Assembly (NCBI GenBank): GCA_049968235.1
Contig: JBMFRC010000001.1
Location: 352,001-416,000 of the forward strand
Reading direction: 5' to 3'
Source: Candidatus Hydrogenedens sp.
GTDB lineage: Bacteria > Hydrogenedentota > Hydrogenedentia > Hydrogenedentales > Hydrogenedentaceae
DNA: 64,000 nucleotides
The notes beneath the pieces were generated by a model that had not been told where the DNA came from, made no database searches, and saw only the letters and a list, made by a program, of their open reading frames with translations. A program made the translations under genes and the position numbers. Of the stretch, positions 57,903-64,000 are shown piece by piece; positions within the stretch are counted from its first letter, which is position 1; each line of letters opens with the position of its first letter.

Positions 57903-58694
57903 CTAATTATTTCGTTGTCCCCATATAAGTTTTTCGTTATATGAAAGGATTTCTCCTTTGTCTTCACGGACAACAACGCTATGTTCAAAATGGGCACTGG
58001 GCAAACCATCTCGGGTTACCGCTGTCCAACCATCGCTTAATATACGAACGGCGGATGTCCCCATATTCACCATCGGCTCTATGGCAAGTATCATGCCTTT
58101 TCTAAGTCTCACTCCAGGTTTACCTGTATCGAAGTTCGGAATTTGTAAGGGTTCGTGCATCTCCGTACCAATACCATGTCCTACAAAATCACGAACTACA
58201 GAAAACCCTTCTTTTTTACATGTACTTTCCACTATTTTTCCTATATCGTTTATTGTATTTCCTTCTTTTGCAACACAAATGGCTTTTGACAGAGCCAAAT
58301 CGGTTGTCTCAATCAGTTTTTTTCGTTGAGCATCAATTTCACCACATGGCAATGTAACTGCCGCATCGCCATAGTAACCACAATAACATGTTCCAACATC
58401 AATGCTCACGATTTCTCCTTCTTTTAACATTCTTTTACCGGGTATCCCATGGACAACTTCATCTTCGATAGATATACATGTTGCCGCAGGATAACCACGA
58501 TAACCTTTGAACGACGGTATAGCCCCTCGTTCTCGTATCATTTCTTCGGCAATTCTATCTAAATCTTTTGTTGTTATTCCCGGTCTAATATGCTCTGCTA
58601 AAGTCGCTAAAACTTCAGCAACTATTTGATTTGCAGTGCGGAGTAATTCTATCTCCCATTCAGAGCGAATTACCACCATACCGCATTTTTTCAC
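57903..58694 (-). CDS. map: Type I methionine aminopeptidase
   Basis: Metal-ligand pattern DxxxG...D...H...E...E with ...HGIPG.... 263 aa. Position after secY. Confidence 0.9.
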   Translation of the reverse strand: MKKCGMVVIRSEWEIELLRTANQIVAEVLATLAEHIRPGITTKDLDRIAEEMIRERGAIPSFKGYRGYPAATCISIEDEVVHGIPGKRMLKEGEIVSIDVGTCYCGYYGDAAVTLPCGEIDAQRKKLIETTDLALSKAICVAKEGNTINDIGKIVESTCKKEGFSVVRDFVGHGIGTEMHEPLQIPNFDTGKPGVRLRKGMILAIEPMVNMGTSAVRILSDGWTAVTRDGLPSAHFEHSVVVREDKGEILSYNEKLIWGQRNN

Positions 58695-58768
58695 CTTTAT
58701 AGAATTAAGATTATGTATTATAACAACTTACAAAATTAAATTCAACATAAAAAATATTTATTTTTGCA

Positions 58769-60100
58769 TTAAAAACCTCTGCGAGAACGAATTCGTCCCG
58801 CTTTTCCACTAAATCCATCGTAATGCCTCATTAATAAATGCTGTTCTATCTGCTTAATTGTATCTAATGCAACACCGACTAAAATCAATAAGCTGGTCCC
58901 TCCAAAAAATTGAACAACAGTCCAATCGGGAACTTTGATAAAGAAATATACCGCTTCAGGGAGTAATGCAATGATAGTAAGAAATATCGAACCTGCAAGG
59001 GTAATTCGTGTCATAATATGATTTAGATATTCTGCTGTGGCTTTACCGGGACGGACACCTACGATAACTCCTCCATACTTCTTCATATTGTCTGCAATTT
59101 CTACGGGATTAAAAGTAATCGCTGTATAGAAAAAGGAAAAGAAAATAATTAGACCCCCATAACAAATGGCATAACCAATATTACCCGGATAAAATAGTTG
59201 TCGAATAATCTGTTCCAGAATGGGAATGCGTATCGTATCGCCCAGATAGGCAGGAAGGGAAAGTATGGAACTTGCAAAGATAATAGGAATAACACCTGCC
59301 TGATTAACTCGTAATGGTAAATATGTTTTCTGTCCGCCAGAAACCCTTCTCCCTTTCACCTGCCTCGGATATTGAACGGGAATTCGACGTTGACCTGTGG
59401 TTATAGCAATGGCACCCGCAATAACCGCAACCATTAAGAAAACAAGGACAAGTGCCTGAAACATATTTAATTGCTTGGAAACAAAAACTAATTGGACAAG
59501 ATGTCTCAATGCTGCGGGCATGCGTGAAACAATACTGGTAAAAATAATCAATGACATACCATTGCCGATACCAAATTCGCTTATCTGTTCTCCTATCCAC
59601 ATAACAAATGCGGCACCTGTTGTAAATGATAAAATGCAGGTAAAGATAAAGATGGGACCCGGATTAGGAACAATTTCTTTCCCTAACCCTTGTAAAAACC
59701 AGGCAATTCCCATGGATTGAATAATACAAAGAACTATTGTCCCGTAACGGGTATAATCATTAATTTTTTGTTGACCCTGTTGCCCCTCTTTTTGCAATTT
59801 TTCTAATGCAGGAATAATCGGAATTAAGAGTGATAAAATAATTGATGCGGTAATATAGGGCATAATACCTAATGTAAAAACGGTAGCACGGGCAAAGGCA
59901 CCTCCACTGAACATATCGTAGAAACCTAATAGCCCGCCTCCCTGACTAATTTTCTGGGCTAATGCGGAACCATCAATGCCGGGAGCCGGTACATGACAGC
60001 CGAGCCTGTAAATTGCTAACATAACGAGAGTAAATATGATACGGCTTTTCAGTTCCGGGATTCTAAATGCATTTTTGAAAGCCTCTATAGGTTGAGACAC
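58769..60100 (-). CDS. secY: Preprotein translocase subunit SecY
   Basis: 443 aa, 10 TM helices. Characteristic ...GIMPYITASIIL... (TM2 plug region) and ...IPIIFASS.... Confidence 0.9.
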   Translation of the reverse strand: MSQPIEAFKNAFRIPELKSRIIFTLVMLAIYRLGCHVPAPGIDGSALAQKISQGGGLLGFYDMFSGGAFARATVFTLGIMPYITASIILSLLIPIIPALEKLQKEGQQGQQKINDYTRYGTIVLCIIQSMGIAWFLQGLGKEIVPNPGPIFIFTCILSFTTGAAFVMWIGEQISEFGIGNGMSLIIFTSIVSRMPAALRHLVQLVFVSKQLNMFQALVLVFLMVAVIAGAIAITTGQRRIPVQYPRQVKGRRVSGGQKTYLPLRVNQAGVIPIIFASSILSLPAYLGDTIRIPILEQIIRQLFYPGNIGYAICYGGLIIFFSFFYTAITFNPVEIADNMKKYGGVIVGVRPGKATAEYLNHIMTRITLAGSIFLTIIALLPEAVYFFIKVPDWTVVQFFGGTSLLILVGVALDTIKQIEQHLLMRHYDGFSGKAGRIRSRRGF

Positions 60101-60121
60101 CGAATAACTCCTCTCATACTA

Positions 60122-60604
60122 TTATGAGTTTTGTTTTTCTTCTGAAGTTTCTTCTTTTATCTTTTGTAATTTAATCGTTCCGCCAGCACTTTCAATCTTT
60201 TGTTGTGCAGAGGGAGAGACCGATTGAACTATGATATTAAAAGATTTTGTTAATTCTCCTTTACCTAAAATCTTAACACCGCCTTTTTGTTTCTTTGCTA
60301 AACCTTTCTTAATTAAATCTTCTGTTGTGATGGTTGCTCCTGTATCAAAGAATTTTTCGAGCATCTCTACATTCACTACGGAAACCGGGAACCGCTTTAT
60401 ATGATGAAAACCGCGTTTGGGCAAACGACGATGTATAGGCATTTGACCACCTTCAAACCCGGGTTTTGTCTTATAACCCGAACGGGATTGGGCCCCTTTA
60501 TGTCCACGACAGGAGGTCTTGCCATGTCCTGAACTGGGACCTCTTCCAACGCGTTTTCTTCTCTTTTTGGCACCTTCTTTATAAGTTAATGTATGTAGTT
60601 CCAT
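60122..60604 (-). CDS. rplO: 50S ribosomal protein L15
   Basis: ...RKRVGRGPSSGHGKTSCRGHKG... a Gly/Arg-rich L15 N-terminus. Confidence 0.9.
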   Translation of the reverse strand: MELHTLTYKEGAKKRRKRVGRGPSSGHGKTSCRGHKGAQSRSGYKTKPGFEGGQMPIHRRLPKRGFHHIKRFPVSVVNVEMLEKFFDTGATITTEDLIKKGLAKKQKGGVKILGKGELTKSFNIIVQSVSPSAQQKIESAGGTIKLQKIKEETSEEKQNS

Positions 60605-60630
60605 CGTTTTTTTCCCTTTTTACCTTTGAT

Positions 60631-61185
60631 TTATTCTTCCTTCGGTTTTGTTTTCCTCGTTATGGTATTCAAGCCTCTGATTTGTAATATTTCCTCACGG
60701 GTTTTGAGTTGACGAAGCCCATTCAGGGTTGCCCATATTACATTTACTGAGGTATTAGAACCTAATGATTTTGTTAACACATTTGAATATCCTGCCGCCT
60801 CTAAAACTGCACGCACAGGACCACCAGCGACAATTCCCGTTCCACGAGAAGCCGGTTTTAAGAGGACCCTCGCCGCATCTGCTCTACCCAGTACTTCATG
60901 AGGGATAGTCGTTTCTACAATAGGGACCTTGAACATATTTTTCTTCGCTTTTTCTGTTGCTTTCCGGATGGCATCAACAGTTTCTCCCGCTTTACCGATT
61001 GCCGCACCAATATTTCCTTTGCCATCTCCCACAACAACGAGAGCAGAGAAACTGAAACGTTTGCCACCTTTTACTACTTTGGCAACACGACTAACACGAA
61101 TAACCTGTTCTATAAATTCCGTCGGTTGCTGTTCAACTATAACATCATCTTCTTCCGTATTTCTTCTTGATTTTCTTTCCATCAT
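60631..61185 (-). CDS. rpsE: 30S ribosomal protein S5
   Basis: ...[30 protein letters not shown]... canonical S5 dsRBD and C-terminal domain. Follows rplO directly, so no rpmD. Confidence 0.9.
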   Translation of the reverse strand: MMERKSRRNTEEDDVIVEQQPTEFIEQVIRVSRVAKVVKGGKRFSFSALVVVGDGKGNIGAAIGKAGETVDAIRKATEKAKKNMFKVPIVETTIPHEVLGRADAARVLLKPASRGTGIVAGGPVRAVLEAAGYSNVLTKSLGSNTSVNVIWATLNGLRQLKTREEILQIRGLNTITRKTKPKEE

Positions 61186-61199
61186 AATTCATGTTCTCC

Positions 61200-61553
61200 T
61201 TAAAATTTTAATCCTGCTTCTCGTGCGGAGTCTGCAAGTGCTTTTACTCTACCGTGATATAAATGTCCTCCACGGTCAAATGCAACTTTAGAGATAGATT
61301 GGGCAAGAGCCTTTTGGGCAAGGACACTTCCTACCTGTTTGGCAGATTCAATATTCCCACCTTTAATCTTTAGTTGCACCGATGACGCTGAGACTAAGGT
61401 TTTACCCTGAGTATCATCAATTATCTGAGCGTAGATATGATTCAATGTCTTTGTAACGCGCAGTCTCGGACATGAAGTTGTTCCAAAAATCTTCTTACGA
61501 ACTCTTTGTTTTCTCCGTTCCAGACGAGCTATTTTTTGATAAATTTTCTTCAT
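61200..61553 (-). CDS. rplR: 50S ribosomal protein L18
   Basis: ...[18 protein letters not shown]...[27 protein letters not shown] canonical L18. Confidence 0.9.
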   Translation of the reverse strand: MKKIYQKIARLERRKQRVRKKIFGTTSCPRLRVTKTLNHIYAQIIDDTQGKTLVSASSVQLKIKGGNIESAKQVGSVLAQKALAQSISKVAFDRGGHLYHGRVKALADSAREAGLKF

Positions 61554-61572
61554 AGTATCTCTATCCTATTTG

Positions 61573-62112
61573 TTATTTGCCACTTGCTTTGGATTCTTTT
61601 CTACGAATGCGTTCATAATCGTAACGGATTCCCTTACCTTTATAAGGTTCCGGTTTGCGTAACGCACGGATATTTGCGGAGACCTGTCCCACCAATTCTT
61701 TATCAATTCCTATGACCTTTATTGTTTGTGGGTTATCAACGGCAAAAGTAATTCCAGGTGGGGGTTCCATACTAACGGGATGACTGAAACCCAATGTAAG
61801 GTTCAAATTCTTCCCTTGTAAGGAAGCACGGTATCCGACCCCCTCAATCAATAAGGTCTTTTGATAGCCCTTTGTTACACCTATTATCATGTTGTGAATC
61901 AGAACACGAGTTAATCCATGCAGGGCTTTATGTTCTCTTTTATCACTGGGTCTTTGAACAATGATTTGCTTATCTTCAATATTTATAATAACCTCTGGAT
62001 GAAAGGTTCTTTGTAGTGTTCCTTTAGGTCCTGTAACGGTCAGGGTGTTCCCCTGTAATTCGCATTTTACGCCATCCGGTACAGGTACCGGTAATTTACC
62101 TATCCGCGACAC
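61573..62112 (-). CDS. rplF: 50S ribosomal protein L6
   Basis: MSRIGKLPVPVPDGVK...LTVTGPKGTL... two-domain L6 pattern. Confidence 0.9.
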   Translation of the reverse strand: MSRIGKLPVPVPDGVKCELQGNTLTVTGPKGTLQRTFHPEVIINIEDKQIIVQRPSDKREHKALHGLTRVLIHNMIIGVTKGYQKTLLIEGVGYRASLQGKNLNLTLGFSHPVSMEPPPGITFAVDNPQTIKVIGIDKELVGQVSANIRALRKPEPYKGKGIRYDYERIRRKESKASGK

Positions 62113-62148
62113 TGTTTATCCCTTTCTGTTATTTCTTTTTGTTTTAGG

Positions 62149-62547
62149 TTACCAGACTTCACAAATAACTTCACCACCGAGTTTTTGTTTCTTCGCATCA
62201 CGACCTGTCATAATCCCTTTCGGGGTTGACATAATTTGTATTCCAAAACCACTCCGAACAGGTTTCAGGTCTCGATAACCGGAATACCTGCGGATGCTGG
62301 GTCTACTTACTCTTCGAATTCCCTGAATTACAGAACGACGGTCTTTGGTATAATTCAGTTGAATTTTTAATTGAGGTACTTTGCTGTCCTTATCCAATTG
62401 ATAATCTGCAATAAATCCCTCTTTTTTCAGGACTTTGCAGACCTCTTCTTTTATTTTAGAAGCAGGAATTTCTACCGTTACGTGTCCTGCTTGTGCCGCA
62501 TTGCGCATCCGCGTTAACATATCACTAATGGGGTCATTCATTGACAT
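62149..62547 (-). CDS. rpsH: 30S ribosomal protein S8
   Basis: MSMNDPISDMLTRMRNA... canonical S8 N-terminus. Confidence 0.9.
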   Translation of the reverse strand: MSMNDPISDMLTRMRNAAQAGHVTVEIPASKIKEEVCKVLKKEGFIADYQLDKDSKVPQLKIQLNYTKDRRSVIQGIRRVSRPSIRRYSGYRDLKPVRSGFGIQIMSTPKGIMTGRDAKKQKLGGEVICEVW

Positions 62548-62568
62548 ATTTCTTACCCTTTTCCTTAT

Positions 62569-62754
62569 TTACCAACTCGATTTAGTTACACCGGGAATTT
62601 TACCTTCCAAAGCCAAAGTACGGAAACAAATTCTACAAATCTGGAAATCGCGCATAAATGCTCGAGGTCTTCCACATCGCTTACATCGATTATACTTGCG
62701 AACCTTGAATTTGGGAGGCCTGCTTGCTTTTATCATTAAAGATTTCTTAGCCAC
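62569..62754 (-). CDS. rpsZ: 30S ribosomal protein S14, short zinc-ribbon type (type Z)
   Basis: 61 aa with C-x2-C...C-x2-C (CKRCGRP...CRIC). Position between rplE and rpsH. Confidence 0.9.
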   Translation of the reverse strand: MAKKSLMIKASRPPKFKVRKYNRCKRCGRPRAFMRDFQICRICFRTLALEGKIPGVTKSSW

Positions 62755-62765
62755 AATAGTTACTC

Positions 62766-63311
62766 CTATGTTGTAAATGGCATTCCAAACATTCTTAATA
62801 TTTCACGATTAGCATCTGTCGATGTCGAATTTTTGAACACGAAAGTAATGTTCATTCCACGAACACGTTGAATGCTATCAATATTTATTTCCGGAAAAAT
62901 AGTTTGTTCCTTTAACCCTAATGTATAGTTGCCAAAGGGGTCAAAGGATTTTGTAGGAACTCCGCGAAAGTCGCGAATACGGGGAATGGCAATATTGAAA
63001 AGGCGGTCCATAAATTCATACATACGGTCACCACGCAAGGTTACACGGCAACCGATACTAACACCTTTTCTTAATTTAAAGTTCGATACAGACTTTCTTG
63101 CCTTACGAATTTGCGGTTTTTGTCCTGTGATAATACCCAATTCATTCGCCGCATTTTCTAAAAGTCGTGCATCCTGTGTGGCATCGCCGACACCCATATT
63201 CACAACGATTTTCTCCAGACGCGGAACCTGCATGATATTTTTATATTGAAACTTTTTCATCGCCTCAGGGACGATTTGCTGAAAATATTTCTCTTTTAAC
63301 CTTGGAGCCAC
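62766..63311 (-). CDS. rplE: 50S ribosomal protein L5
   Basis: ...[20 protein letters not shown]... canonical L5. Confidence 0.9.
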   Translation of the reverse strand: MAPRLKEKYFQQIVPEAMKKFQYKNIMQVPRLEKIVVNMGVGDATQDARLLENAANELGIITGQKPQIRKARKSVSNFKLRKGVSIGCRVTLRGDRMYEFMDRLFNIAIPRIRDFRGVPTKSFDPFGNYTLGLKEQTIFPEINIDSIQRVRGMNITFVFKNSTSTDANREILRMFGMPFTT

Positions 63312-63326
63312 AGTTTTTCTCCTTCT

Positions 63327-63638
63327 TTAATCTAATGCTTCACCGGTCGCTTCCCAAACACGAACACGGCGTCCATCTTCTAATTTTTTCATTTTTATTT
63401 TTGATGGTGCATTAATTGCTTCGCACCACGGAGCTACATTGGAAATGTGGATAGGTGCTTCTTTTTGGACAATCCCACCTGCCTGATTTCGTGCAGAAGG
63501 TTTTGTATGCTTCTTCACAATATTTACCCCTTCCACCAAAATCTTTTGTTTTTTAGGATAAACTTCTAAAACTCTACCTTTTTTACCTTTGTATTCACCA
63601 CGAATAACTATTACGGTATCTTTCTTACGAATATGCAT
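63327..63638 (-). CDS. rplX: 50S ribosomal protein L24
   Basis: MHIRKKDTVIVIRGEYKGKKGRVL... KOW motif. The real start at 63638 follows a GGAGG SD. The tracker N-terminus (MEVNC) is probably over-extended. Confidence 0.9.
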   Translation of the reverse strand: MHIRKKDTVIVIRGEYKGKKGRVLEVYPKKQKILVEGVNIVKKHTKPSARNQAGGIVQKEAPIHISNVAPWCEAINAPSKIKMKKLEDGRRVRVWEATGEALD

Positions 63639-63654
63639 GCAATTAACCTCCATC

Positions 63655-64000
63655 CTATAATACTTCCGGGGCTAAGGAAACAATTCGCATGAACCCCTTT
63701 TCCCGCAATTCACGGGCAACGGGTCCGAAGATGCGTGTTCCCCGAGGTTCCATTTGATTGTTAAGTATCACGGCTGCATTAGAATCAAAACGGATAGTTG
63801 TCCCATCCGGACGTTGTGTATCGCGACGCATGCGAACAACAACCGCTTTAACAACATCTCCTTTTTTTACATTGGAGTTGGGAATGGCTTCTTTGACACT
63901 GGCAGTTATAATATCTCCAAGACCAGCATAACGACGCCTGGAACTACCCATTACCTGGATAACCCGAATTACACGGGCACCCGAATTATCTGCCACTTTT
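63655..64000 (-). CDS. rplN: 50S ribosomal protein L14, 5' end truncated by the window edge
   Basis: ...[36 protein letters not shown]...[13 protein letters not shown]...[26 protein letters not shown]. Canonical L14 normally begins a few residues before ADNSGA, so the true start is beyond position 64000. Confidence 0.85.
   Translation of the reverse strand, partial: KVADNSGARVIRVIQVMGSSRRRYAGLGDIITASVKEAIPNSNVKKGDVVKAVVVRMRRDTQRPDGTTIRFDSNAAVILNNQMEPRGTRIFGPVARELREKGFMRIVSLAPEVL

Noticed and set aside
1-64000. tRNA/rRNA/CRISPR/transposase scan
   Set aside because: No intergenic segment long and GC-rich enough showed a tRNA cloverleaf (no GGTTCGAATCC-like T-arm). No rRNA-like conserved blocks, no regular direct-repeat/spacer array, and no transposase- or integrase-like ORF among the translations.

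Overview
This 64 kb window is low-GC, gene-dense bacterial chromosome, and most genes are on the minus strand. Lineage was inferred from three things: a planctomycete-type prepilin gene (N-terminal [15 protein letters not shown], DUF1559-like), a ribosomal cluster without L30 or S4, and a short zinc-ribbon S14. Together these suggest a PVC-superphylum-like organism, but that is inference only.

The 3' third (55.0-64.0 kb, minus strand) is the conserved spc/alpha ribosomal-protein cluster: rplN (partial at window edge), rplX, rplE, rpsZ, rpsH, rplF, rplR, rpsE, rplO, secY, map, infA, rpmJ, rpsM, rpsK, rpoA, rplQ. It lacks rpmD, adk and rpsD. Upstream of it are two tandem TIM-barrel sugar-phosphate isomerases, metG, an O-antigen-ligase-like membrane protein, an OFA-type MFS transporter, acs, trpS, a sulfatase-family protein overlapping a large polytopic membrane protein, a secreted hypothetical, a VanZ-like protein, class A PBP, nadC, coaX fused to an lptC-lptA-lptB operon, convergent cysK and a DapA-family lyase, a YfhO-like GT-C membrane protein, an M23 peptidase coupled to a SurA-like PPIase, a C45 Ntn-hydrolase, an SSF symporter, a PHP phosphoesterase, a BNR/Asp-box sialidase-like protein, and a partial TIGR03960-like radical-SAM gene at position 1.

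The most unusual locus is a minus-strand operon at 23.4-28.7 kb: a GT2-like protein, an SbcD/Mre11-like (SbcF/YhaO-like) phosphoesterase, and a 1052-aa SbcC/Rad50-like (SbcE/YhaN-like) coiled-coil protein with an internal transmembrane hairpin. Each of the three keeps the fold-level sequence pattern, but every recognisable catalytic motif is substituted, consistent with a non-catalytic module.

A second odd neighbourhood at 8.1-14.9 kb holds a GntR-ABC operon whose ATPase carries a 1-nt frameshift, and a 780-aa membrane protein with a C-terminal GspG-type pseudopilin motif. Next to it is a ~1 kb non-coding stretch with an extremely AT-rich core, a purine-skewed segment and an RNA-type hairpin, then a prepilin-like gene interrupted by an in-frame TAA.

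No tRNA, rRNA, CRISPR array, transposase or integrase was recognised.
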